Part shown: in pieces, positions 1 to 14,282 of the stretch | Numbering within the stretch: the first letter of the stretch is position 1 | How the letters are laid out: the number at the start of each line of letters is the position of its first letter | Source of the DNA: Octopus bimaculoides | Taxonomy: Eukaryota | Assembly (NCBI RefSeq): GCF_001194135.2 | Contig: NC_068984.1 | Span: 136,121,121 to 136,185,120, forward strand | Length of the DNA: 64,000 bases | Direction: 5' to 3' | Translations under genes and position numbers: made by a program | The notes under the pieces: model-generated | Told to the model about the DNA's origin: nothing | What the model saw: the letters and a program-made list of their open reading frames with translations, nothing else | Database searches by the model: none

Positions 1-749
1 TAAAACATCATAGGAGATTTTTGCTGTGCATTATGATTTTTAACTAGTGATATCGACCTCTCATTCTCGCATGCTGACACAGAAATCTTGTCCAAATATT
101 AGCCTCCTACACTCTCAAACCGTCTTTCATTTCTTGGAATGGATGGAGGCTTTTGTACAAGTGTCACTGTGATCCTCAGTTTCGTTTTATGCTATTGTAA
201 ATAGGATACACAACTAGTTTTGAGTAAAAGTTTGGTTAGGTTATGTCTCTTTGACAAGCTTACAGTAAAGACCGTCTTAAACCGTAATCCATCAGTGTAT
301 ACAATAGAATATACCGCTCTTCTAGATATCATTCACACGCAACTTAAATATCTTGCACGAAGCTTTCCCAGGATTAATGAAACCGTAAGATTCATAGGGA
401 TCTAGAATGGAGATGTGGCAACTTAATCTCACAACTCAAAGCGGCTATGGCATTGTCACGTCATATCGAAAATAGTTGGCGTAACCGTAAATGTCTTGTT
501 AGTTCAGTGATATAGCCTTAACTATATCAACCAATAGACATATATTTTCAGATTGCAGAACGGGAATTCAAAGAAATAGTGGAGATACATTCTCAGAGTG
601 GAATGAGTCGAAACGATTAACGCGAAGCAATCTATCTGACGCTACAGCAGCTATACCATTACGACGCCACAGACACACCTATATACGTCCATACAGGCAT
701 ATGTATGTATGTATTTTGCATGCAAGTATGTACGTATGCATTATGCATG

Positions 750-781
<32 letters not shown>

Positions 782-1357
782 NNNNNNNNNNNNNNNNNNN
801 NNNNNNNNNNNNNNNNNNNNNNNNNNNNNNNNNNNNNNNNNNNNNNNNNNNNNNNNNNNNNNNNNNNNNNNNNNNNNNNNNNNNNNNNNNNNNNNNNNNN
901 NNNNNNNNNNNNNNNNNNNNNNNNNNNNNNNNNNNNNNNNNNNNNNNNNNNNNNNNNNNNNNNNNNNNNNNNNNNNNNNNNNNNNNNNNNNNNNNNNNNN
1001 NNNNNNNNNNNNNNNNNNNNNNNNNNNNNNNNNNNNNNNNNNNNNNNNNNNNNNNNNNNNNNNNNNNNNNNNNNNNNNNNNNNNNNNNNNNNNNNNNNNN
1101 NNNNNNNNNNNNNNNNNNNNNNNNNNNNNNNNNNNNNNNNNNNNNNNNNNNNNNNNNNNNNNNNNNNNNNNNNNNNNNNNNNNNNNNNNNNNNNNNNNNN
1201 NNNNNNNNNNNNNNNNNNNNNNNNNNNNNNNNNNNNNNNNNNNNNNNNNNNNNNNNNNNNNNNNNNNNNNNNNNNNNNNNNNNNNNNNNNNNNNNNNNNN
1301 NNNNNNNNNNNNNNNNNNNNNNNNNNNNNNNNNNNNNNNNNNNNNNNNNNNNNNNNN

Positions 1358-1410
<53 letters not shown>

Positions 1411-1936
1411 TTGTGAGGTAAGAGATTGAAATGAAAAGAGAGGAGAGACAGGATGCAAATTTTGCTGTCTCAGCATATGCATCTCATTGTGCATCGACTT
1501 GTGCTAAAACGTGTTAGAATCTAAGAGCAAAATAATCTAATAACACAGTACCGCAGACCGTGTAAAAGTTAGTATAACTTTCATGTAATTTCCAAATATG
1601 AATTCCTTACAAACACATGACATTTTCTGAGAATGTATTTTTATACGTTTCTTTCGGATTTATGAATCTAATTCTGTTATACATTATTTACGCTACCAAA
1701 TCTTATTTTGATCAATCGATCGGAGAACTCTAGATCAAAACACATCAGTCAGATTCCCTTGTAACATTTTTCTGTTAAAGTTATATATGATTTCAAGGAA
1801 ACAGAAATCTTTAATAATTTGGTTCACAAGTGTTCTGAATGAATGACAGATTCAGTTTAAAAGTAAGCGTTAGCTCTTCTGAAGAGGAGAAACATAGGAA
1901 ATATACCAGATTCAATACTGAAATACTATTAGTAGA

Positions 1937-2312
1937 GGTGCAATGGCCCAGTGGTTGGGCAGCAGACTCACGGTCGTGGGATCACAGTTTCGATTCCCAG
2001 ACCGGGCTCTGTGAGTGTTTATTCAGCGAAAAAGCTTAAAACTCCACGAGGCTCCGGCAGCGGGTGGTGGTGAACCCTGCTGTACTCTTTCACCACAACT
2101 TTATATCAATGTTTTTTGCTATTTCTGTTGTACCTGTATTTCAAAGGGCCAGCCTTGTTACTGTGTCTCGCTGAATCTCCCCAAGAACTACTTTAAGGGT
2201 ACACGTGTCTGTGGAATCCTCAGCCACTTGCACGTTAATTTCACGAACAGGCTGTTCCGTTGATTGGATCAACTGGAAACCTCGTCGAAGTAACCGACTG
2301 AGTGCCACGACA
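1937..2312 (+). mobile_element. tRNA-derived SINE, family A, near full length
   Basis: Pol III A-box-like TGGCCCAGTGG (1944-1954) and B-box-like GTTTCGATTCC (1987-1997). The 3' part (aagtggctgag/cacagacacgtgtacccttaa) recurs inverted at 50381-50532. Possible target-site repeat tactatta at 1924-1931 and 2315-2322. Confidence 0.8.
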
Positions 2313-2504
2313 GGTACTATTATAAGGGAAATTCTCGTGAGATTCTGAGATCGTAATACAGGAATATTAAAATAGGAACAGGCTAAATCATCTCACCAGA
2401 AATATTTCAACTAGCGTAGAGCTATTTAGAAACATTTACCTGAAGTACAGCATTAGTGATTTGGTCATTTTAGAATATAGAATTTGCCCTTTACTATGGC
2501 AGAT

Positions 2505-2581
2505 TTATGATCTATCTATCTATCTATGTATCTATCTATCTATCTACCTACCTACCTACCTACCTATCTATCTATCTATTT
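2505..2581. repeat. (TATC)n/(TACC)n tetranucleotide microsatellite
   Basis: Seen directly in the sequence. Confidence 0.95.
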
Positions 2582-2619
2582 ATTATTTATCTTTTGTTTC
2601 ATATACATACATACATATA

Positions 2620-3390
2620 TGGACTACCCTACCTAAACAGAAGCTTGGAAGAGAATCAGGCATTATACCAGCAAAAAGCAGGGCATGGGTACGCATCATG
2701 TGAGCTAGAGGGCAATAACATCATTGATAGAAAGAGTAGACTCCCCGGAACCACTGATAGGTGCATTACATTCTACCTAATAGGATATATCTTCTCCATC
2801 TTGGAACAGGAGATAGCTACTAACGTGATAAAGAAATGGGGCAGAGATACCACCTTCCTGTGATAATACATGTTGGCTCTGTTATACCAATGTGAAAGAT
2901 ATTACCCACGTCATCAGCAGCTGTCCAAAGATCTCTACGAGAGACTATCCGCTCCTGAAACATTACATAGTTGCGATGATTATTTACAACGCTAGCCGCA
3001 GGAAGGCCAACCCTATCATATACATCAAAGGCGTTTCAAAATCAGCAGGTATTCACACCTTTAAAAAAAACACAAGGAATACTGGTGGAACACTCCAATA
3101 AATACAACAATTCAGTGCTAACGTAACAGACCTGTTATTGTTCTGTGGAACATGGAAGAAAAGTCATGCGCTGTTGTAGAGGTCAGCCGTCGTGCTGATG
3201 TGAGTGTGCAATCAAAAGTTCAGGGAAAAGAAAACATTTATGATGAATTCATGCGGAACTTACAGCTCTTCTACCCTGGCTAGGAATTCTCATTTATTTC
3301 TATCATCACAATGCATTAGGCTGTGTACAAACAAATTTATAAAATTCAAGAAAATTACATATTAGTGGGTTTTACGAAGAAAGAGCAAAA
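2620..3390 (+). mobile_element. Degraded RLE-type non-LTR retrotransposon, C-terminal part (R4/CRE-like)
   Basis: Across two frameshifts it reads GYIFSILEQEIAT, then PSCDNT-CWLC-YTNVKDIT-H-VISS-C (a CX2CX8HX4C knuckle, 2871-2924), then EYWWNTP..RNRPVIVLW..VVEVS..KENIY (decayed restriction-like endonuclease, 3077-3283). In-frame stops are present. Confidence 0.8.
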
Positions 3391-3565
3391 AAAAAAAAAC
3401 CTGAAGCGGATTCTCCAAAATCCAATCTATTTGTGACACAGTGAAGTTTTGAAAGACAATCGCAAATTTCTCCATGTGAGATTCTTCATGTGAATAGATG
3501 CACACACTTGGGTGTGTGTGTGCATTGACAGCTCAACCATATATTTACAAACACCGGAAAACCTC

Positions 3566-3574
3566 TGTGTGTGT

Positions 3575-3657
<83 letters not shown>

Positions 3658-3664
3658 AGTGTGT
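3566..3664. repeat. (GT)n microsatellite
   Basis: Seen directly in the sequence. Confidence 0.97.
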
Positions 3665-6600
3665 AAACATCTGTTGTTTTCAAATAGAACTTCATGACTC
3701 TGTTGCTGGCAGTATAGAAGAAAGTAATGCAATTTTGCTAAGTGAATCGACAATATCGTCCTACATCCAAATTTGTAGTCATGGGACAATATAATATATT
3801 TTGTGTAAATGCATGAACAAACAAGATTCTTTTACAATGTTTTATGTCACCAAGTATTCTTGTATAAGCATTCATTGCCTTCATTTTACAATGCATCCCG
3901 AAAATACATCTTATGACTAACACCTAATATCGAATGATTCGCAGGTACACGCACACGTTGACAAATCTACTGAAATGTTCTTTCGCAAAAATGTATGTAT
4001 ATATCTACGTTTGTTCGAGTACGTGAGTGCATGTGTGTGTTTGAAGGCGTTCTAATACGTATGTATGAAGATGTGTAACAAAATTACGTAATACAGTTTA
4101 ATGCAGAAGACAATATACACGGTAGTAGGACATCTCTAACAATAAATCTATTAATCTAGCACTCAGTCTATAACATACTTGGTACAATTTGTTTTCAAAT
4201 GCTGTCGTCTAATAGAAATCTTGTTAAAGTCGATGTTATTGTCTTCCGGAAATAATTCGGAATTGATTTCAATCTGACAGTGTTTTAAAAACTTTTTTGT
4301 TGTAGTTGACGTTGTTATTACTGTTTTTTATTGTTTGTTTTGTTTGTTTCATTGTATTCTCTCTTTTTTTCTGTTCTAAAGATCGTGTTTGATATTCACT
4401 GATTATTCGATAAAGTTCACAAACGTCAAAGGACATTTTTAAAGCGGAAGTTTAAAACAGATGTGATATCTGCGATAGCTTTCGACGTGTTGTTATACTA
4501 ATCGATAAACGTGAAACAAATGGCAACTCGAATTAATTTCTAGTTTACGTAATTCATTTTTTGAACTTACTTCAGGCATTGCTATAATATAATATAACGT
4601 TACGATTTGAAATATAATGTTCTTATTAGTCAGGCCTGGTGGGTTGCTCGAGGTTTTGTTTTGTTTCTCCCATTATATCGATAAATAGTTTTATGAGGAG
4701 ATAGCAAGCGTGGAAATGTTTCTACAAGAAGACAGTTCACTCAGTGAAATTCGTCTTCAAAAATTTGTTTCCTGAAAACTCAGAGCTGGGGTCTCAAAAA
4801 TGGATTTTGTTTTCTGGTCTTGTACCAGATGTAGTCGTACTAACGTGTAGCCAGGAAGATTTGAACCAATAGTAGTTATCAATTTTCTTGACTTTGAGAG
4901 AAGTATGAAAATCCGTTTGGTCAACATATACGTACCTTTATTTCAATACAATTATAGGTACAGCTTGGTTATTAACCTGCAACTGTCGGTGAACGGAAAG
5001 TGCTAATATACGTATTTAGTGTTTTCTAGACGTTTGGGTGTTTATTTTCATGTATTTGTCTCAGAAATGTGTAGCTCAATATCAAGTGCAATGATGAGTC
5101 CAAAACGAGAACATGGAGCAAGCAGGGTTAAATAGACCGTAAAACAACCGAAAGACTTTTAGCAAAAGCGATTCACACTATTCGTAAGATGGATTCACCT
5201 GTTGAAGTGTAACAGCACTATGATACAATATTTAAAATTTACCAAGTAGACACCAGCTGGGACAAAATTACATATTTAATGTTTGGAATGGGTTACTGTG
5301 ATAATTCTTCGTAAAATATTTCTGATATTTAGTTCGAAGTTGAGCAAAGCAATGTGATGTGATATAAGTATACAAGAATTGGCAATTGTTTCCGTGTAGC
5401 CGACCGCATGAGACATGGTTTTTTGTCAGGTGGACCACTGTACTACAAAAGTTCACGATAATTTTTCATTGGGCATGCCATTCAGAGAATGCTTTGTCCA
5501 TGACTAGTTTAGAATATCAAAATGTATGTGCTATGAAAATGGTGATAAGCACAGTAATTGGGTATCAGGTGATCATTAATGAGAGATGGTTAACTATTTC
5601 TAAATCAAAATCTATACCTACATTCTAACCAATCATGACTAGACTTCTTCAATTACATTTTTTAAGGTATATTTTATCTATTAGTTGCCCATCAATAACT
5701 GTCATTGCAATACGTAATAAATACTTAATGTGATATTTCACGACTTCCTTTAACTGCACTTAACATTAACAGATATGTCACCGAGAAAATTAAATTTAGA
5801 TATATTACAATGTTCAAAAAGATAATATCAATCATTTCTCTACAGAAATAATATTACCAAATTGATTAACACGATAGTCAGTGTTCTAGTGAGTAGGAAT
5901 ATATAACATAATTTTATAATTTAAAGAAACTGATAAATTTGGTTAAACAGAAATATAGCAATTTTCCAGTCGTTTTTATGACAAACAGACAAATTATCTA
6001 TAATTATATTCATTAAAATATTTCCAGCTGAATTATTCTAAAACATAACTAAATTCGTCTGTTCCTTATCTTTTGTTAATTGAATTAGACTATTCCTAAG
6101 AAATCGTGCATACAATAAATATGAAGTATACATTTTACGAAACAATTCAATATACAGAATGAAACAAAACTTCTTCAGGTTAAGTAAAACGTGAGATTGT
6201 TTCTTAATCTGATTTCCAACCCTAACGCATTCAATATTATTCTACAGATATTCAAAAATGTCGACCTATTTCTTCTCCCAATTGTATTAGATATGAATGT
6301 ATTTTTCTCGTAAATACACTAAGGCTGTGTTGGTATAACTCGAAATGTGTGCGGAATGTTAGAAAAGGCTCCTATCTCTGAGAAGAATTTATCTTATTTC
6401 GTTAGTTATTTGCCAATGTATTTAACAGTTATAGCGCATCCATATTTTAACTTAATTCTATGAGTATATTTTCTTTCTATCTCATACCTGTTATTACTTC
6501 CTAACAGTACTATCTGATGAATGCCAGGTATTGATACAGAATTACACCAACTTCAGCATTCGACACTCAGAAGAAGAGAGATTGGTTCAATTCTATTTTC

Positions 6601-8125
6601 AACCTATTTTCATGAACGTTGCATAATGACTGAATGAGTGCGATCGCAAGTAGAAACGGCCAGAACAGGGTTCCCTCTGATGGTTCTCTGGAGTAACGTT
6701 AGTCGACAGGGTGCTTATCTTGGAGATCAAAGAATCTTCTCAGGTCGAACCACTGCTTGCTTGCATATTGAGATCTCACAGCTGCAGTAGTACAAATATG
6801 TGATTAGAATACCGTATGAAAGGATTGCAAGACGAAACCGCCAAGCCTGTCGAAACGACTGACAAGGGAATTAAGGTTAAACCTGGAGCAATACGGTTGT
6901 ATAACATACATGGTCACTGCTGGTGATGCGTGGGAATGCAGCAGCATATTGTAATAGCAGCTGATTCTGAAAGAACCAGATATAGGAAGATTGAGATACA
7001 GAAAAAAAGGACGGAAATGTTTCTATGTAGATTAATTCAGTAATATTGATGCAATGATAAAACATCTTTTAGCTCGAGGAAATAATCCTATTTAACATAG
7101 CGTCTAATTCAGCAATATCAACGGGTTCTTGGATACTTTTAGTAAATTCCGAATATTGCAAGCATTCAGGGCCACAACTTCAGCTTCTGAATTAAGCAAT
7201 CTATTGACGCACAAATTGCAGCAATATTTTCTCTTGATAATGACTCTGCTTTGCAAAAGATATCATTGGAAAATTATGGCCGGTGGAGGCCAGCTAATAA
7301 ATAGTGCAGAATAATGAAACTAAAAATAATATGACAATGAGCCCTCGATGCGTAGCATGTAATCGCATATGCTCACCAATTCGTAACTAACGTTCGTTCC
7401 AAATCAGTGATATATCTCCCGAAACTCATCTGCTCTCTTTAATCTCTAGCTTAGATAGCTGAACAGTAATTGAATCCATTACGCAGATAAAAGACACAGC
7501 ATTACCCAAGTAAATTATGAAAAGAACTAATCGAAAGATAAGATTCGATCAGTTTTCAAAATCTAGTTGCTCGTTCCCCAAACCACAAAAATGTTCAACC
7601 CATATCCTATATATATTCATATATCGCACAAATCCGCACAACAATATTTACTCTTCTTGCAAGCACAAATATTTCATAGTGTATCCTTACCATAAAATAA
7701 CTTTGCTATCAGATTACAATGCGTAATATAACTTTATCATTCACTCACCAATGGTCTACACAGCCTAACACTCAAATTTATCATCCACACACTAGTAGTA
7801 ACTGCTACTGTTTATGCAGTCTGTAATCGGCTCAAACTTCTCAAACAACAGGCTATTATGTAATCAATATTTGAACCTTCATTGAAGAAGTTTATATCCC
7901 TGAATTCATAAACACAACCAAATACCCTTTTGTTTCCAACTCGATCCTCAATGATACTGTGGTAGAGATAAAAGAATCTGCTTATTTCCAACTAATAACG
8001 CCGGTAACTGCATATTGATAGGATCCTTAATGTTCTTGTTATCGACTGAATAAGTACCAACTTGACAGTAAGTAGACTACTACAAAAACACCTTCCTGGC
8101 AAATAAGCTTAATGGATGCCAGCAC

Positions 8126-8160
<35 letters not shown>

Positions 8161-9334
8161 NNNNNNNNNNNNNNNNNNNNNNNNNNNNNNNNNNNNNNNN
8201 NNNNNNNNNNNNNNNNNNNNNNNNNNNNNNNNNNNNNNNNNNNNNNNNNNNNNNNNNNNNNNNNNNNNNNNNNNNNNNNNNNNNNNNNNNNNNNNNNNNN
8301 NNNNNNNNNNNNNNNNNNNNNNNNNNNNNNNNNNNNNNNNNNNNNNNNNNNNNNNNNNNNNNNNNNNNNNNNNNNNNNNNNNNNNNNNNNNNNNNNNNNN
8401 NNNNNNNNNNNNNNNNNNNNNNNNNNNNNNNNNNNNNNNNNNNNNNNNNNNNNNNNNNNNNNNNNNNNNNNNNNNNNNNNNNNNNNNNNNNNNNNNNNNN
8501 NNNNNNNNNNNNNNNNNNNNNNNNNNNNNNNNNNNNNNNNNNNNNNNNATATATATATATATAGAAGACTAAGTCCAGCGGGGTTTGAATTCAGAACTAC
8601 ATATATTACGAGTGTAGTGTATTTTGCTATGAATTTAGTCATTCAAATCGCTTAGTAATATCAATTCTCTGTCTGTGTACAGCCGTCAAAAGCCTACGTA
8701 GTAGGATGTTGTGCGCTATAAATTACGGTATATATTTGCAGTCTGCTAGGTTTTCAGTTCAAATTTAGAAAGGTAACTTTTGGGCTTCCAAATGTTCTTG
8801 ACTGTTAAAAAGAGAACATTCACATACTGAGATCGATATAATCAATTGCTCGTTTTCTCTGCAAACAAAAAATATGGTCATGTTCTTAAAGAAATCAATA
8901 TCGAATGTGTTGGATTGGCAGAATCGATAGTGTACCAGACAAAATTGCTTTCCGGTATTTGGTTTTGTCTATTTACGTTCTATGGTCATATCCTATCGGA
9001 CATTAAATTGCCTTTCATCCTTCTGGGGTCATATCTGAAATATCTCTAACATACCAGAGTTGATTCCCTTTTCAACAAAATGGCAATCCTGTATCAAAGT
9101 AATACACGACCATTAATGAAAGTCTGTATATAATTTGCTAACAATAATAGTTATTTAGTGAAGCATACATTTATCTAAATTTTCCATTTACTTCTTAATT
9201 TTTAAACAATTGCCTTCGTCTTTTCTGTTAGAAACGAATAAGAGTAAATATTTGAAATAAAATTATTCTTTATACTTTTGTCTTTATTTCATTACTAGAA
9301 CGAAATCAATATCAGAAGACCGGGCTTTATATAC

Positions 9335-9546
9335 TGGTTTCAAATTTTGGCACAAGGTAGTATTAATTTGGGGAGAGAGGGTAAGTCGATTACAGCGACC
9401 CCATTCAACTGGTACTTACGTTATTGACCCTGAACGGATGAAAGACAAAGTCGACCTCACCAGAATTTGAAGAGAGAACGTTAAGACAGACGAAATACCG
9501 TTAAGCAATCTGCCCGGCGTGCTAGCGATTCTGCCAGCTCACCGCA
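9335..9546 (-). mobile_element. tRNA-derived SINE, family B, about 210 bp, near full length
   Basis: The reverse strand begins gcggtgagctggcagaatcgctagcacgccgggc and ends cttgtgccaaaatttgaaacc. It is homologous to the copies at 13933-14037 and 54886-55091. Confidence 0.85.
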
Positions 9547-12500
9547 CTCTGACCAGTGGATCTGTAACTCCTCATATATCAAACATTACACTAAAAAGAT
9601 TCTTAGCCACAAACATGGCTTTTTATAATTTTATTATGGGTAAGAATCGAAACAATTATATGTAAATTTTATTATTATTATTATTATAAGAGTGTAATAT
9701 ATAATATTATGTTAATAAATTTCAATTTTTGAATTGATAATTTTCTTTTCATTTTTATAAATTATATATGTGCATGTATATATGTGTGTGTTTGTGTGTT
9801 TGCATGTGTATATTCCTGATGGTTTCATAACCAATACATTTAATACTGAATTGCTAAATGCATATTCAAACATACATGATTCTAGAGACGGATCATAAAA
9901 AGAACTGATATATTTAAATATTTATCTAGAAATTATTGAGTACAGTTCCTATTAAACAAGCATGTTGATAAAATCAGTTATTATAATATACGCACAGAGA
10001 AGTGTTTTGGCATAGTTTCTTCTATTTTTATTTGATCGATTTTATAGATACATATTGCTTTGTTTTTTTTAGATTTTGTGCTTATTTGTTTTTGTTCATT
10101 GGGTAAGATTATTGGTGAAATCTTTCGCTTTACTAGAAATTCGGTTGTATTCATTTACAACATGGTCATAAATTTCTTTATTCAGCTAAGTCTTGTTTCC
10201 TTGTTACATAAGGAGTAGACGTACCTGGCCGTAATATGTCAACGTCCTTAGAGCGAAGGTACGGAAAATTACTTAGATCATCGATTTGTCATATGAACTA
10301 AGTTTTGCACGTCCTTCATTTTGCACAAGAGACTAAATCATTAACCAAAGCCATTTATTTTGCACCCCATATCCTTAGTTGTGGGGACAGTATTCTAAGT
10401 TCATTCACTCTTCACTGAGAATGTCATCGTAGAGATATAATGTCCTCAAACATATCTATTAAAATATATTTTAGATCAATATACCTAAGGTTGTATCGAG
10501 AAATTTCGAACTATTACGTATTACTCGAAGATAGTAAAATTGATTATGCATGAAGGAAAATTTCGTGAAAGCAATAAAGTGATCGTAGACCAGATACGGC
10601 CACAAAGTTTATGGCCGCATCTAGCATATGAATCTTTCACCGAACCTATTCTCTATCTGATCCATCCGTCACTAGATCGGTGGCATTCTCACAGACAGGT
10701 CTATCAAGGAATAATTTGAGAGAGCTATGGTATAACTTTTTGCTGCTATGGATATATACCGAAACCTCGAAAGCATCTTCCAGAGATCATGCCCGTCCTG
10801 ACTTTTTCAATAGAAAAACCATACGGATTATTTATATCACACCGCTTATATATGAGCAACATGCAGCTTAAGACCTGAAACATTTTGCTGGCGTAAACGA
10901 CCCCGTTAAAATAAATAGGATCACATCACTGCGACTGGTCTTTCGTATCTGAGCTACAGCTTCTAAAATTTACTGACATACTACAAATCTTAGTGGCAAC
11001 AGGCAATAGCGTATCTATTTAATATATGGAGTAGGGCTGCTTCTCCACGAACAAGCATCGTAAAATAGCTTCCACAATAAAGCTATTCCTCTAATTGGCA
11101 TCTTGTCATTTACTAACACAGTCTCGTTTATGTGCCACAGGCGTGCTGTCCACATTCTTTGCATTCTCACCGCTAATCGCCTACCATGTGGCTTCATTTA
11201 CTAGTTCTTTTTTTATTATTTCATTTATTTGTAATCTTCTTTTCTTTTATTGTTTCTCCTCGTCATCCCTCTTCTTTTTCACTTTCCGAAAAAGGCCAAT
11301 TTCCTAAACGTTATAGCCATTAAAACTTACCCTTCTCTCGGATATTAAATGATAACATTTATTGTGTACTCATTCCATATTTGTGCTGCTTGTACTCTGC
11401 TTTTGTTCTTCGCCACACACGCAAACACAAACTCATGCATATAAAGAGATGCATACATATAATATGTATGCATACATAAAATATAATGTATATATACGTA
11501 TATACATTCATATAAGTATGAATGTGTATATAGATGTACGGACGCATGCATGTATGTATGTACATGTATGTGCCAGTAGCTATAATGATGTGCGTATTGG
11601 TGACTTACATATATCGATATAAAAGAATGATTAATATAAAATTCAAATGAATGAAAGTTTAAAAACAAAAAGCGCTTCGACATTTATATTGCAAAGCGTT
11701 AAAATTCAGAGATCTGACTAAGATTTTATCGAAAGAAAAACACAAAACAGACGACAGGTTGGTAACTTATGATAATTCTAACTTTTATTTAAATTTAGAA
11801 TTGTCATAATTTCGCGTCCTGTCATGTGGTTATCCTATGAAATTACACAGAGAGTAAAAGAAGAATAAAAGAGATCAGAAGCAGCATTACTTTAATATAT
11901 TTGTCTAAAGGAAATTGGAGGAGGAGCGTAAAATAGGAAATATATCGATAAAATTAAATAAAATACGAATAAAATATTCTAGAAAACGTCAACGAACCTT
12001 TAGAGCGGAAAATAAGAAAAAAATCGAAGAGGAAAAAATATTTAGATATTCATGTTTGTCTTTTTCTCCATTCAATACACTGTTTCCTCGCAATCACTCA
12101 CCCTCTATTTCTCTCTCTTTCTGTATATATATATATATATATNNNNNNNNNNNNNNNNNNNNNNNNNNNNNNNNNNNNNNNNNNNNNNNNNNNNNNNNNN
12201 NNNNNNNNNNNNNNNNNNNNNNNNNNNNNNNNNNNNNNNNNNNNNNNNNNNNNNNNNNNNNNNNNNNNNNNNNNNNNNNNNNNNNNNNNNNNNNNNNNNN
12301 NNNNNTATATATATATCCATATATATATCCATATATATTCACATGTACATGATTATCTGCACACACACACATATATGCGTGTGTGTGCGAATGTGTGTGT
12401 TCTATATTTACTTTTCACAGTGTCTGCTTCTATACGTTTATCTTCTTTTTCTCTATGTATTTATGTTTCTCACACTTACATTCATACTCTCATACATACT

Positions 12501-13786
12501 CTGTCTCTTTCTCTTTCTCTTCTCACTCCCTAATCCACACACATACAGACATACTCCTTCTCTCTCTTTTTCTTCCTGTCTTTGTTTGTCCTGTTTAGTC
12601 GTTAGAATTACTACGTGAGATTTTATTGATCTCTCATATCAATTCAATGAACGGTCTTCCTGTTTTTTTCTTTTCTGAATTTTACTTTCATTGACAATTG
12701 ATATTGTCGCGCCACAATCATGTCTCTTTAGTTTCGATTTTCATGCATTTCTGGAAACTACTTCACTGAATTCCTTCAGGGACATTTCCTGCAAAAATAT
12801 GTGGGCGTGTGTGTTTGTATTCATGTGCGTGCATGTGAGCGCACACGTCTGCTCTCCGCGTGTTTGCTTATAACAGAGAAGATAAAGTTTTTTTTGCTTC
12901 CTTTTCCAAGGTATTCCCAGAGAAATGATGCCACCACCTTACCAAACCCATTTATTGGATTATTTACCTCTCTCGATTTACTTCATATTTCAATTTCCCG
13001 ATCGGATGCGCATCTCGCTTTTACTGAACAGGGAACAGCAAGCCATAGCGAAACTGCAAGCTCAGCACATCTGAAATTTTGTTTAAAAAATGTTAGTTTA
13101 GATCAATAAATGTAAACAGTGAAACATTTTCCAAGTGATGTCATATGTAGTTAAACCATTATGCGTACCATTTCCCTCCTAGCACGATTTGAACTCTGTC
13201 ATTCATTAGCGAGCGTATGTCTTTTGTTTGTTTGTTTGCTTGTTTGTTTTTCAGTTTCTTCCATTAACTCACGTGAGTTATATATATGTTTTCTTCGTCT
13301 TTTTTCGTAGATTCTTTTTTTTTTTCGTGTAAAAATAGTGAGTGTTATATGGAAAATCTTATTTTGTCATAGCTTGGCGTTAAATTGGGGCAATTAAAAG
13401 TGCATACTAGCTCCTTACTTTCATCTATATTAATAACTTTAACTTAGATGGACAGTCAAAGTATTATTTATCGGAATTAGACACACATAGAATAGTCTGT
13501 TTACAGAGAGTAGAATCATTAGTGATGATGTGCTAAGATCGAATACGCTATGGATAAAAAATATATCATTTAGGTAATTCACTACGATCGTTATATATGG
13601 AGCTGTGCCGTTTGTAGAATCACCATCGTTTGAACAGCATTCTACATGTACGCAATATTAAGAACCACATGTCTATAGGAATAGACGTAAGTTTGATAAA
13701 ACTAATTTGCTTCTAAGTGATTTTTATATAGCAGTGTTTCAACATTAGGGTGTCATTCTGATAAAGTTAAAACGTCTGACAAAACG

Positions 13787-13929
13787 GCTAGCGATATTTC
13801 TTCCGGCTGTTTACTTCCCGCCTTGGTCAACTCTGCCTTTCATCATTTCGGAGTCGATAAAATACATTTCGTAGTCGAAAAAATGCCTAGCGGCATTTCG
13901 TCTCTCTTTAAGTTCTGAGTTTAAATTCC
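13787..13929 (+). mobile_element. Two rearranged family-B SINE fragments
   Basis: The first fragment is ctagcgatatttc..tctgcctttcatcatttcggagtcgataaaata. The second is aaatgcctagcggcatttcgtc..gttctgagtttaaattcc (13881-13929). Both match the reverse complement of the minus-strand copies. Confidence 0.75.
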
Positions 13930-13932
13930 TTG

Positions 13933-14037
13933 AAAGGCAAAGTCGACATCGGCGGAATTTGAACTCAGAACATAAAGACAGACGAAATACCGCTAAGCAT
14001 TTCGCCCGGCGTGCTAACGTTTCTGCCAGCTCGCCAC
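13933..14037 (-). mobile_element. Family-B SINE, 5' half
   Basis: Sequence gaaaggcaaagtcgac..ggaatttgaactcagaac..gacgaaataccgctaagcatttcgcccggcgtgctaacgtttctgccagctcgcc is highly similar to 9440-9545. Confidence 0.9.
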
Positions 14038-14282
14038 CTTTGCTAGTTGTCTTACATTAGTATATAACCACGTCCACAATCATGCCCTCCTGAGGATAAC
14101 GCTTGTATCAAGTAGCTTTCGTGATCATTACTTAATACAGCGTAAGCTTGAAGTGCATCAGTGAGGGAGTACATAACGGCTGCATTGTGTTTTCATACGA
14201 TTTGATCAGGAAGTTAAACAACGCAGATTAGCGTGTTATGTCAAGCTTTGGTTGCGGGTAAACCATTGGATTCCATATTCAT

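Noticed and set aside
1937-2010. tRNA-like sequence
   Set aside because: It has A/B boxes but no complete cloverleaf and continues into a SINE body, so it is not a tRNA gene.
6505-6570. CTGATGA followed by a gaatgc/gcattc stem, a possible hammerhead
   Set aside because: No GAAA after stem II, and no stem I or III.
12880-13073. Pyrimidine tract plus AAG acceptor opening GIPREMMPPPYQ..EQQAIAKLQAQHI*
   Set aside because: Atypical acceptor, no recognisable domain and no partner exon. RNA-seq would be needed.
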